A stretch of 64,000 nucleotides of DNA from Thermodesulfobacteriota bacterium (GCA_964291405.2 OZ219926.1:1920001-1984000), one strand, 5' to 3'; shown: positions 41,107-49,944, numbered from the stretch's first letter. Program-made: numbers and translations. The notes: a model not told the origin generated them from the letters alone.

Positions 41107-42402
41107 ATGCCCAAGCAAATCCATCTCGCCTGCTTCGCGCTCTTTACCCCGGCTCCGCATATGCCGCTGTCGTGGATCTATCCGCGCGAGAAGATTCGTC
41201 ACAAATGGTATGAGGGCGAGTACTGGGAATCCGTGGTCCGTACGTTGGAGCGCGGCAAGTTCGACATGCTGTTTTTCGCGGACAGCCTGGCGGGAGGCAC
41301 GCAGCCCGACCAGGTGCGCTACGCCATCCAATTCCCCAGCCACGACCCGGTCTCTCTGATCACCTATCTCTCGGCGGTCGCCAAAAAACTCGGCTTTGCC
41401 GTCACCATGTCCACGACCTTTTACCCGCCGTTTCTGCTGGCCCGGACCCTATCCACCCTCGATCATCTTACCAAGGGCCGGATCGGCTGGAATATCGTGT
41501 CCTCGACCTCAACGGCCGAGGCCAGAAACTTCGGGCTGGAGAGCCTGCCGGCGCATGACGACCGCTATGAGCGCGCCGACGAGTATATGCAGGTCTGCTA
41601 CGGCCTGTGGAACAGTTGGGACCCGGATGCCGTGCAGATGGACATGGAGCACAAGGTCTTTGCCGACCCGTCCAAAGTCCACCGCGTCGATTTTCAGGGG
41701 CAGTGGTATCAGGTCCAGGGGCCGTTTACGGTCATACCCTCTGCCCGCCGGCGGCCGTTTCTTTTTCAGGCCGGCCAGTCGGACCGGGGCCGGGCCTTTG
41801 CCGCCCAACACGCCGAGGGCATCTTCAGTGCCGCGCGCGGCGTCAAGCAGATGCGGGCATTCTGCGAGGATATTGCCAGCCGGGCCGAACGCCTGGGCCG
41901 CAACCCGGACGACATTCCCATCATGTGGGCCGGCCAGCCGCTGGTGGCCGAAAGCGCGTCCGAGGCGCGCGAACGCTGGGCCGCCATTCGCGCCCGGATT
42001 CCGCTCGAAGCCTCATTGGCCCAGATGTCGATGCACTTCAATCTCGACCTGTCCCAGTTTGATATTGACGTGCCGGTCCAGGATTTGGACGTGCCCGGCA
42101 CCAGGGGCCTGTTCGAGATGTATCAAAAATACGACGTGAACATCACACTACGTGATATCGCCAAAACCTATCTGACCGGCAGCGATACCAACCCCTTAGT
42201 CGGCACCCCGTCGCAGGTGGCGGACGCCATGCAGCACTTTCTCGAAGAAGGCGGCGGCAACGGCTTTCAGATCACGCCGCCGTTTTACGCGCCCGACTAT
42301 TATGAAGACTTGGTGAATCTCTTGGTTCCGGAACTCCAGAAGCGCGGAGTCTACCGGGACGACTACACAGGCACGACCTTACGGGAACATCTGTGCGGGT
42401 AG
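41107..42402 (+). CDS. NtaA/DmoA-family FMN-dependent monooxygenase
   Basis: LERGKFDMLFFAD, LDHLTKGRIGWNIVSS, FQAGQSDRG. Confidence 0.92.
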   Translation: MPKQIHLACFALFTPAPHMPLSWIYPREKIRHKWYEGEYWESVVRTLERGKFDMLFFADSLAGGTQPDQVRYAIQFPSHDPVSLITYLSAVAKKLGFAVTMSTTFYPPFLLARTLSTLDHLTKGRIGWNIVSSTSTAEARNFGLESLPAHDDRYERADEYMQVCYGLWNSWDPDAVQMDMEHKVFADPSKVHRVDFQGQWYQVQGPFTVIPSARRRPFLFQAGQSDRGRAFAAQHAEGIFSAARGVKQMRAFCEDIASRAERLGRNPDDIPIMWAGQPLVAESASEARERWAAIRARIPLEASLAQMSMHFNLDLSQFDIDVPVQDLDVPGTRGLFEMYQKYDVNITLRDIAKTYLTGSDTNPLVGTPSQVADAMQHFLEEGGGNGFQITPPFYAPDYYEDLVNLLVPELQKRGVYRDDYTGTTLREHLCG

Positions 42403-42407
42403 AATAA

Positions 42408-42574
42408 GTAGGTCGGATTAGCGGAGCGTAATCCGACAAACCCAGGATGTCGGGTTACGCCTACGGCTAACCCGACCTACACGGCTGCCGTTCCGCGTTC
42501 GTCATGCCGGACTTGATCCGGCATCCAGAGACCCGGGGCTGAAAGCCTGGATTACGGCTTCCGCCGGAATGACG
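42408..42574. repeat. GTAG-type REP doublet (42408-42480) plus CGTC-type REP doublet (42500-42574)
   Basis: GTAGGTCGGATTA..TAATCCGAC / GTCGGGTTA..TAACCCGACCTAC; CGTCATGCCGG...CCGGAATGACG. Confidence 0.85.
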
Positions 42575-42604
42575 TTGCTAGCGGTGGCCCCAGAGGCAAG
42601 GATG

Positions 42605-43414
42605 CTACGCCGCCTGAGTGTCCTCAGGCAGCTCCATATAGGTCTCGCGCCACTCGCCGGTTTCATCCCAGCGAAAGGGCGTTTGCAGCGTCGTCAGCGG
42701 ATAGCGCGCGGTCTCAAGCAGGTCGAGGGCCATGCCGACGATAGCCCGCTGCATATCCTTATCTCCCGGCTTGCCGCACGGATTGCCGAGCGGAAAGTCG
42801 GTAAAGACAAAGCGCGGCACCCCGCACTGCTCAACAATATCGCGCGCCGAGCCGAGGACGACCGTGGGAATGCCGTGCGCTTCGAGATGCCGGGCGACCA
42901 GACTCACGGTCTGGTGACACACCGGTCACAGGGCGACCAGCAGGGCAATATCGACCCCATCCTCACGGCAGAAGTCGAGGACGGCCGGGGCATCTTCGTG
43001 CACAGTCTGCCGTGCACTATAGACCGTGGGCACGCCGTAAAAGCGCGGCGCCAGGCTGCCAAGCCGACCTTCTTCCACGTACTCGTTTAAGCGGCGGACA
43101 GGCAGAAAGGTTTCGACATCATCGGTATGGGTAGCTGTTTTGTGCCACGACAGGTGATGGGTGTAGAGCGCCTCAGGGGCAGGTCGGGTGGCCGCGGCAT
43201 ACCGACTGCGCTTCCGTCCGCCCTGCAAATCCGGAGCCGCGGTGGTGACCAAGGCGACCCGGCTTTCACTGAGCGGTTTGGTCAGCGGTACGAACGGCGC
43301 GTCCGGGTTGGACGCCCAACGGTAGGGATTGCCGTAGCCCTTCGCCAAGTAGAATTCACGCGATTTGTCGATATAGCTGACAAAGCCACGTTGGGTTGGA
43401 TCGAAATCACTCAT
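42605..43414 (-). CDS. GrdB/PrdB-like selenoprotein (269 aa; Sec at the TGA 42926-42928, UxxC motif)
   Basis: Two ORF-track pieces are in frame across a single TGA: ...ALLVAL-U-PVCHQTVSLVARHLEAHGIPT; KPLSESRVALVTTA family motif. Confidence 0.85.
42897..42915 (-). promoter_or_regulatory. Bacterial SECIS-like hairpin
   Basis: ACCAGAC-CGTGA-GTCTGGT stem-loop starting at the 11th nt after the UGA. Confidence 0.7.
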
Positions 43415-43438
43415 CGCTGTTCTCCCCTCATCACCCCT

Positions 43439-43507
43439 CCTTCGACTTCGCCCTTTGGGCGACGCTCAGGACACACCGTTCACCCTGAGCGTAGCGGAGC
43501 AAAGTCG
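43439..43507. repeat. REP-like palindrome
   Basis: CCTTCGACTTCG..CGCTCAGG...CCTGAGCG..AAGTCG. Confidence 0.65.
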
Positions 43508-43526
43508 CACGACCAGGTCACTCCCT

Positions 43527-44876
43527 CTACGCGGCCTCCAACTCGGCCAACGCCTCGGCGTCGCTGACGGGCTCGGGCCTACCGTTGGCCAGGGGCCGCG
43601 AGCCGGGTTTTTTCTCAAACGGATCAACCAGCCCCAGCGTCTTGCCGTGCTCGCGCATGGCCGGAATGACGTCGCGGTTGATCAGCTCCAGACAGCGCAT
43701 CCGATCCTTGGCCGGGACCGGGCCGTCCAGCCAGAAAGAGAAGATGCCCGGACGCAGGATATCCTGGATTTTCTTGAGCTTCGGAATCACGTCGTCGGGC
43801 GTACCCGCGATCATGACCATGTCCTTGAGGACACCGGGATAGCTGTCGTAAATGGTCTTTTTGACGGCCTCGATCTCTTCGACCGTCGTTTCCCCGCCCT
43901 CACCGTACAGCGGTCCGGCAGAGGCATTGACGCCGAAGTTCGTCCGGGCCAGCCGGCGGGTCGCCGCCTTCGAGTTATAGCCCGGCGGGAACATCCACTC
44001 GGGCCGGGCAAAGTGGGCAAAGGCGCCACCGTACAGAATACGCTTACCCATTTCTTCCGCGCGCTCCTGGCTATCGGAGACCATGACCGGTTGCAGATAG
44101 CCGAAATTCTCCGGGCCGGCCTGATAGCCCTCACGGGCCGCGGCCTGGTTGTAGAAGTCCCACAGTTCCAGGGTGGGTTCGAGCCGGGTGGCGAGCGCCA
44201 CGTAGGGGTAACGGTTCTTGGCGCACCAGGACACGGTTTCCGGGCTGATGAGGCCGGGAATCCAGAACGGTGGATGGGGCTCCTGGACGGGTAGCACCCA
44301 GGGATTGACGTGCCGGAAGTGGAAGTGTTTGCCCTCATACCGGAACGGACCGGGCTTGGTCCACGACTGGACGATAAAGTCGATGCCCTCTTCAAAGTAT
44401 TCGCGATTAAAGGCCGGGTTGGCATTATTGGCAAGCTGTTCGCTGCCCGCGCCACGAACCCAGCCGGAGATCAGGCGGCCATTGGAGATCAGGTCGATCA
44501 TGGCCAGCTCTTCGGACAGCCGGAGGGCGTTCGAGACAGTGGGAACCGGGTTGCCGAGCAGAGCCATTTTGACCCGGCTGGTCGACTTGGCCAGGACCGA
44601 GGCTTCGACATCCATGACTGCGCCCAGGCAGAAGGGGTTGGCATGGTGCTCGTTGAGCATGATGCCGTCAAAGTTCATCAGCTCCTGGTCGGTGTAGATC
44701 TTCTCATCGAGATACTGGTTGAGCAGCCGCACGCCGTGCTTGCGGTCAAAAAAGCTGTTCGGCGTGCCGAAAAAGCTGCGTTTGCGAATGATCTCGTTTT
44801 CGAGGTCGCGGTATTGCTCAGGATGTTCCTCCGGGTCGTAGTGATACGCACGTTCCGTAAACCACATGAAATGCAT
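43527..44876 (-). CDS. LLM-class flavin-dependent oxidoreductase (paralogue of 4548-5891)
   Basis: Shared NEHH.NPFC, WVRGAGSEQ, YEGKHFH and PPGYNSK segments. Confidence 0.9.
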   Translation of the reverse strand: MHFMWFTERAYHYDPEEHPEQYRDLENEIIRKRSFFGTPNSFFDRKHGVRLLNQYLDEKIYTDQELMNFDGIMLNEHHANPFCLGAVMDVEASVLAKSTSRVKMALLGNPVPTVSNALRLSEELAMIDLISNGRLISGWVRGAGSEQLANNANPAFNREYFEEGIDFIVQSWTKPGPFRYEGKHFHFRHVNPWVLPVQEPHPPFWIPGLISPETVSWCAKNRYPYVALATRLEPTLELWDFYNQAAAREGYQAGPENFGYLQPVMVSDSQERAEEMGKRILYGGAFAHFARPEWMFPPGYNSKAATRRLARTNFGVNASAGPLYGEGGETTVEEIEAVKKTIYDSYPGVLKDMVMIAGTPDDVIPKLKKIQDILRPGIFSFWLDGPVPAKDRMRCLELINRDVIPAMREHGKTLGLVDPFEKKPGSRPLANGRPEPVSDAEALAELEAA

Positions 44877-45078
44877 AGTCCGTCCTCCTACTGTGAAAAA
44901 ATTAGAAATATAAGAGACGGGCGGATGAGGCAAGAGGAAATCTGATCGGGTAGTGGTTCAGTTTGAAATCTTTTTCTTACGGGATTCCTTAGTTTAAGCC
45001 CCTGATTCTCGACCGTTCTTGACAACCTATTTTCTCTTCTGCATTTTTACGCCCATCTTGCATCGGAGAGGGAACTGC

Positions 45079-45477
45079 ATGAGAAGATGGAAATATCTCG
45101 GACTGATCGGACTCCTGCTTGTCCTGCACGGCTGTTCGGTCGGGATGGCCATGTCTGGACGGCCTGACCCGAATACCGGCGCATTGCGGGTCGGGCAGGC
45201 CCGCGATGAAGTCTTGTTACATTTGGGACAACCGACACAGACCTATGCTACGGAGACGGGCCGGACGGATACCTTGCATCTACAACGCGGGAACCAGCCC
45301 TCCACGGGCCGGGCGGTCGGCCATGCAGTCATGGATGTCTTGACACTAGGAGCCTGGGAGATCATTGGGACACCGGTGGAAGGATTTACAGGCGAAAAGT
45401 TCACGATCTCGGTCTCCTACGACAAAGAAGAGCGAGTCACAAAGATTGCGACCGCGCCAGGAGTTCCTGAATTTTAA
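45079..45477 (+). CDS. Lipoprotein
   Basis: Lipobox LHGC after a basic/hydrophobic signal; RAVGHAVMDVLTLGAWEIIGTPVE. Confidence 0.75.
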   Translation: MRRWKYLGLIGLLLVLHGCSVGMAMSGRPDPNTGALRVGQARDEVLLHLGQPTQTYATETGRTDTLHLQRGNQPSTGRAVGHAVMDVLTLGAWEIIGTPVEGFTGEKFTISVSYDKEERVTKIATAPGVPEF

Positions 45478-45501
45478 CCTTACCCCTCATCAAATGGCAG
45501 A

Positions 45502-45626
45502 ATGAGCACGTTTGGCGACGATCTGATCCAGTCTCTTAATGAGGCCCTCGCCCACGCAAAGGGCAATGGTCCTGCCATTCTTCACACTGTTGTGACTCCG
45601 CGCGAGGTTCGGAAGCAAGCGAACCT
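45502..45626 (+). pseudogene. N-terminal part of an interrupted HigA-like HTH antitoxin
   Basis: MSTFGDDLIQSLNEALAHAKG...TPREVRKQANL; the remainder is at 50111-50299. Confidence 0.8.
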
Positions 45627-45754
45627 TCGGGTTCGACAAGTTCCGCCTGCTGCCAGAAGGTCTCGTCCAACTCGGGAATATCGCTGAAGTCGATGTCCTC
45701 ATCCTCCGTGGCCGCGATTTGTCGTGGGGTGAGGGGTTTATCGTATCCGCTCAT
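45627..45754 (-). pseudogene. Truncated BrnA-type antitoxin
   Basis: DEDIDFSDIPELDETFWQQA BrnA N-terminal motif, cut at the island boundary. Confidence 0.7.
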
Positions 45755-45770
45755 GGTAAGCCTGCCTTCG

Positions 45771-46007
45771 TCATCCGGCGTCATCTTTCCCGATCCACTC
45801 ACGGAGCGCCTGGTCAATCCGTGTCTGCCATCCACGACCACCGGCCTTGAAGTAATCGATCACGTCCTGCGACAGACGGATAGTCGTTGACACTGTCGGT
45901 TTGGCGACCGGCGGCCTGCCACGGCGGACGGTCGCCGTGGCGAACTTCTCCGGCCAGCCGTCCCCGGACAGGTCTGGTGCCGTATCCCGATCAAAATCTT
46001 GTGGCAT
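45771..46007 (-). CDS. BrnA antitoxin family protein (orphan)
   Basis: RGRPP......TIRLSQDVIDYFKAGGRGWQTRIDQALR. Confidence 0.88.
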   Translation of the reverse strand: MPQDFDRDTAPDLSGDGWPEKFATATVRRGRPPVAKPTVSTTIRLSQDVIDYFKAGGRGWQTRIDQALREWIGKDDAG

Positions 46008-46293
46008 AGAGCGTTCATTCCGGTACTGGCTGAATTCGGTCACTCGGGCTCAAGCGCAGCCATTCGGGGTGATTTGAGTGGTGGCGTTTGAATGGGGGGA
46101 GTGGCTGCGTTTGGGTCGTGGGAGGGGGTGGGACGGATTCAACCTATCTTTTCCCAGTTCCCCACGGGATTGACGGAGACGGCCCAAACGAATAGGGTCT
46201 GCCCGCCAAAAATAGTATATAGATTTCCCTTCCATTCTGCACAAAGTAGGCGCTATTCCTTTAGGACCTCAACCATTTCTCTTTCCGTCATGG

Positions 46294-46325
46294 GCGCGCG
46301 GGCGGTCGTCCAACCGCCCGCGCGC
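46294..46325 (-). terminator. 13-bp GC hairpin just downstream of the secreted-protein gene
   Basis: GCGCGCGGGCGGT-N6-ACCGCCCGCGCGC; no U-tract. Confidence 0.5.
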
Positions 46326-46331
46326 TGGTCG

Positions 46332-48944
46332 TTATTCAACATCCACAATCTGGAAGTTCTGCGAAGCTTGGTGCCATTGCAGAATGACCGTGGTGCCCGG
46401 TTCAGGAAAATCCTCCACCCGCACCCGTTCACTCTCCACGTCCTCCAGAAACTCCTCATCAGAAATACGGATCACTTCCATGAGGTTCGTGTCCGGGGTG
46501 AAGGTTCCATCATCGGCTTCCCAGCCGATTTGCTGGCGGCCCACAAAAGCCCGGACGTTATAGAGACCCGCGTCCAAATGATTCAAATTGAAGGTACCGC
46601 CAAAGCCAAAACCGTGGTCCGGTTTCGGGTTACATTCCTCGGCGCGTGTCACATCGGCGCGTGGCGAGCCATAGGGCACGATGAACGCGGGAACCGCCAG
46701 ACGGTTGCGGCGTTGGTCACGAATCTCGATCCGTACGCCATTGCCATCATCCTGACAGACCCACCCGCGCACCATCACCACCCCACTGCGGATGTCGTCG
46801 TGGCCGGGTTCTTCCAAGACGCCGTGGGGGTCGGGGTCGATTTCGGTATCGGTGTCCGTGTCGGTGTCCGTAACCGGCGGTCGGGTCGTGGGCTCCTCGA
46901 CGGTGACATCCTCGGCAAAGTTGGCGGTCAGATCATAGCTCCCTTCCGTCGTGCCGGTTTGTCCCTCGACTTCCAGCAGATAAAGGCCAGGGGTCACATT
47001 GGCCGCAATGCGGAAATTGTTGTCGGACCCGCCATTATCATTCAATTGGATAGGAGTACCGTCTGGTCCATACAGCGTGGCCTTCACGTCGATCCCACCG
47101 GTACTCTGAAGATATAGCGCCCCTGCGGAGGTGACCTCGAACAGATACCGATTGCGGTCTTTTTCGGCGTTGGTACCTTGAGGGTCGATGGTTTGCCCCG
47201 TCAGAATACGTGTCGGCTGGACACTGGTATCAGTCCCGTCCACGACGGCATCGAAACGGAAACTGATCCCGTAGCTCCCATCTTTAGTGCTGGTCACGTG
47301 GACCAAATGCGGCATGTCCGCTTGTACGGGCACAGCAAACCGGAAATGGGGTGTGCGCGTATCTGTCGCAATCTGGCCGCGTGCCCCATAGAGCGCTCCT
47401 TGTGTTTGGGCAATCGGCGTTGTGGCACCATCTACCCCTCTGACGGTTAGCCAGCCAGCCTTGCCGGGTGTAAAGACAAATACGTCCTGATCCGCTTGAT
47501 TATTGTCTTCAGACCGACGTGCAATCGACAACTCCGTGTCATCATCCAGGACGGTTCCAGTCCAAGCGGGCGCAGGCTCGACCGTCACATCGGTGATTCC
47601 AGCAGTAAACATGGCAACTGCGAATGCCACATCCAGGGTGTAACGACCAGTGATATGGTCTTCTTGGCCCGCGACTCGCAGGGTATAGGCGGTATCCTGT
47701 TGCAATATTGGTACGGCCATTACGAAATTGCCGCTCGTGCCTCCGTCCTCCGCCACGATATTCATGCGATTAGCGACAGGACCCGTTGCTCCGACAAGCG
47801 TCCCTTTTGTATCCGTTTGGCCTGTGGTCTTCAGGGTCAGCAGTCCGGGGGCGGTGACGGTCAGACTATGGGAGACCACGGCTCCCCGGCTGCTGATGTC
47901 GCCCTGTCGGCCCGGCAGGGCGTCCGAGAGGACTCCATGGAACTGAACAACCAAATCGGGGGCGGGTAAGTTTGGATTCCCGTCGATGTTGGGCCGGAGG
48001 GAATTCAGCGTCGGTGTATCTGGGTCCGATTGGACGGTCACAAGAATATACTCGCCTTCCCCGGAGTTAACTGTGGCCCGAAGTTCTAAGCCTTCATGAG
48101 GGTCTTCGCTGATTGCTTCCGCTACCAAAGTAGCCGCTGCCTCTGCCAACCAGCCAGCCACCCCCGTTCCACCGTCACGGTTCGAGTTGATGGTTCCCAG
48201 GTCGCTGATTTCCATATCCGGGGTATTGTCCTTGGCGTTAGTGGAAGAAGTCGTCCCTTGGCCCTTAACCGTTTCCGCGTTTGTCTGCATGGTCCCCGCA
48301 AGTCCCCTTCTGTCGGCGGGAGCAGTTGCCCGTTCCCCCCTATCAGCACTCTCCAGGGCTTTTGAGGCGTTATCGAGGGCCGTGGCAGCCGTCCGCAACG
48401 CTGTGCGGGCATTGTCCTCGGCCTGGCTGGGATTTGGATTCGTCGTCCTATCTCTGAGGGCCGCAGCATCTGTCGCCGCCTTGACGGCAGCATCAGCTGC
48501 GTCAAAGGCTTTCTTCGCCGCACTTTCCTCGGCGATATGGTCGGACGTATAGGTCGTTTTGTAGCGAGCGCGTTCACTGGAACCGTAGCACAGCACCGCA
48601 TCGACCGGTGCCCCATCAGTGGAAAATACCCGCAATTCTCCCGCAGCTAACTGCGGGACGGTAATCTTGGTGTAGCGATAACGTGTGTTTCCCTCCCCAC
48701 TCTCCCCTGTGCCTCGTTTGCTTTCATCATCATCAGTATTCAGCATGGGGGTGATCGTGGCCACGCCCGATCCTGGGGTAATTGCAAAAGTCGCCTCTGG
48801 TGCACTGGCGGTGCCAAAAAAGTCGTTATCCGGCAGCCCTCTACACCCCGGCAGCGCCTGCGTATGCGCCCACACATGTCCACTCAACCCGAGCCACAGG
48901 ACGCCCCCCACGACTCCACCGATGATCTGCTGGTATTTCCTCAT
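46332..48944 (-). CDS. Large secreted protein (870 aa) with PPC-like beta repeats, an Ala-rich helical insert, a TD/DP linker and a C-terminal Ig-like domain
   Basis: RBS GAGAGGAGG and signal peptide MRKYQQIIGG...VWA; repeated G.L...T.G..D..G.L....D.GG...NF units. Confidence 0.75.
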   Translation of the reverse strand: MRKYQQIIGGVVGGVLWLGLSGHVWAHTQALPGCRGLPDNDFFGTASAPEATFAITPGSGVATITPMLNTDDDESKRGTGESGEGNTRYRYTKITVPQLAAGELRVFSTDGAPVDAVLCYGSSERARYKTTYTSDHIAEESAAKKAFDAADAAVKAATDAAALRDRTTNPNPSQAEDNARTALRTAATALDNASKALESADRGERATAPADRRGLAGTMQTNAETVKGQGTTSSTNAKDNTPDMEISDLGTINSNRDGGTGVAGWLAEAAATLVAEAISEDPHEGLELRATVNSGEGEYILVTVQSDPDTPTLNSLRPNIDGNPNLPAPDLVVQFHGVLSDALPGRQGDISSRGAVVSHSLTVTAPGLLTLKTTGQTDTKGTLVGATGPVANRMNIVAEDGGTSGNFVMAVPILQQDTAYTLRVAGQEDHITGRYTLDVAFAVAMFTAGITDVTVEPAPAWTGTVLDDDTELSIARRSEDNNQADQDVFVFTPGKAGWLTVRGVDGATTPIAQTQGALYGARGQIATDTRTPHFRFAVPVQADMPHLVHVTSTKDGSYGISFRFDAVVDGTDTSVQPTRILTGQTIDPQGTNAEKDRNRYLFEVTSAGALYLQSTGGIDVKATLYGPDGTPIQLNDNGGSDNNFRIAANVTPGLYLLEVEGQTGTTEGSYDLTANFAEDVTVEEPTTRPPVTDTDTDTDTEIDPDPHGVLEEPGHDDIRSGVVMVRGWVCQDDGNGVRIEIRDQRRNRLAVPAFIVPYGSPRADVTRAEECNPKPDHGFGFGGTFNLNHLDAGLYNVRAFVGRQQIGWEADDGTFTPDTNLMEVIRISDEEFLEDVESERVRVEDFPEPGTTVILQWHQASQNFQIVDVE

Positions 48945-49654
48945 GCCGTCCTCCTCTCGCGTCCGTTTTGTTTGCCTTGCCCTGCCTTGCCTGGCCCTGT
49001 TTCGCCATGCCATGCCCCTGCCGCGCCTTGCCTCGCCCCGCCCCGCCCAGAACCGTTGACTGGTGCAATACTCACCAGCGCAAACCGGCCAAAATCTCCG
49101 GACTTCTCCGGCCGCCAATCCCCGAGCCCGATGCGGCGCCCCGCGATGGTCAGCCACTGTTCCAGTTGAGAGGCGTCTACTAACTCGTCGTCCGCCTCTA
49201 CCACAAACGTCACGCCCCACTCGTCAAACTTGGCGCGCGTGCGCGGAATGCGGTTACGTTGAATGACCACATTGGTAGTGAACTGCACGGTCTTGCCCAG
49301 TTCTTCCATTGTGGTCCCGAGGGTGCGGTCATAGGAGAATTCTTCAATCTCCTCGACCAACAAGCCTTCTCTCACCTGCGGCCCCTGCTTGAGCTTGCGG
49401 GCCGCCGTCTCGATGCATGAGCGCAGCGCTGCGGCGGGGATTGTCGGGATGCCGCTCTTATCGAGCCACAGGCTCGTCTGACACTCCAATTCCTGCAACC
49501 GCTCCTCATCATGAATGGTGCGATCACGGCCGCGCCTCTTGGCAATCTCGTCCTTCTCCTTGTTGGCCGGGGAGCGTTTGTCGAGGCCCGCTTGACTATT
49601 GTGCATAATCAGCGGTCGCCGGCCGTCCAGACATATCCGGTAACGCTGCATCAT
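48941..49654 (-). CDS. Solitary Cas7/RAMP-like protein (Vipr-like)
   Basis: RAMP-like YRICLDGRRPLIMH, IPAAALRSCI, RAKFDEW, and G-rich loop AGRRIGLGDWRPEKSGDFGRF; RBS GAGGAG. Confidence 0.75.
   Translation of the reverse strand: MMQRYRICLDGRRPLIMHNSQAGLDKRSPANKEKDEIAKRRGRDRTIHDEERLQELECQTSLWLDKSGIPTIPAAALRSCIETAARKLKQGPQVREGLLVEEIEEFSYDRTLGTTMEELGKTVQFTTNVVIQRNRIPRTRAKFDEWGVTFVVEADDELVDASQLEQWLTIAGRRIGLGDWRPEKSGDFGRFALVSIAPVNGSGRGGARQGAAGAWHGETGPGKAGQGKQNGRERRTA
48974..49049 (-). repeat. GGC-NN pentamer array (15 units); candidate guide-like ncRNA
   Basis: tgGGC ggGGC ggGGC gaGGC aaGGC gcGGC aggGGC atGGC atGGC gaAAC agGGC caGGC aaGGC agGGC aaGGC, then A-rich AAACAAAAC. Confidence 0.85.
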
Positions 49655-49667
49655 CCGCGTCTCCTCT

Positions 49668-49796
49668 TCACGTCGAGAGTCCCGGCGGGGTGCCGGGCCG
49701 TGTCAACTGCACAACCGTGAGGTAATGTCTCACTTTGAAGCTTATGACCAGAAAAAATGGGGCAGTCCGCCCTCTCCCCAGCTCCCTCTCAGGCAT
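49668..49796 (-). CDS. Possible 42-aa leader ORF or gene remnant upstream of the Cas7-like gene
   Basis: RBS GAGAGGAG; its stop abuts the next RBS. Confidence 0.3.
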   Translation of the reverse strand: MPERELGRGRTAPFFLVISFKVRHYLTVVQLTRPGTPPGLST

Positions 49797-49914
49797 CGTG
49801 TTCTCCTCTCGGCTTCGAGCCCACGCGTTCGTCCGCTGATGACGAATGTTTATGTTCTCTTTTACAATGTCTTATAGATATAGTTTTGCTTATAAATCAC
49901 GTCTGGAAGACGCT

Positions 49915-49944
49915 ATACTATTACTGATAAAGATATATTGTCAA
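49915..49944 (-). promoter_or_regulatory. Sigma70-type promoter for the Cas7-like operon
   Basis: TTGACA-N18-TAGTAT in an AT-rich patch. Confidence 0.6.

Noticed and set aside
46840-46875. Hexamer repeat GTGTCC/GTGTCG
   Set aside because: Explained by the coding TDTDTD linker of the secreted protein
48974-49049. Canonical CRISPR array
   Set aside because: The period is 5 nt and there are no 23-47-nt repeats with spacers; no CRISPR array was seen anywhere in the window
48945-49220. N-terminal 92 aa of the 962-aa ORF-track call
   Set aside because: It overlaps the Cas7-like gene and the array; the true start is the ATG at 48944, which has an RBS and a signal peptide
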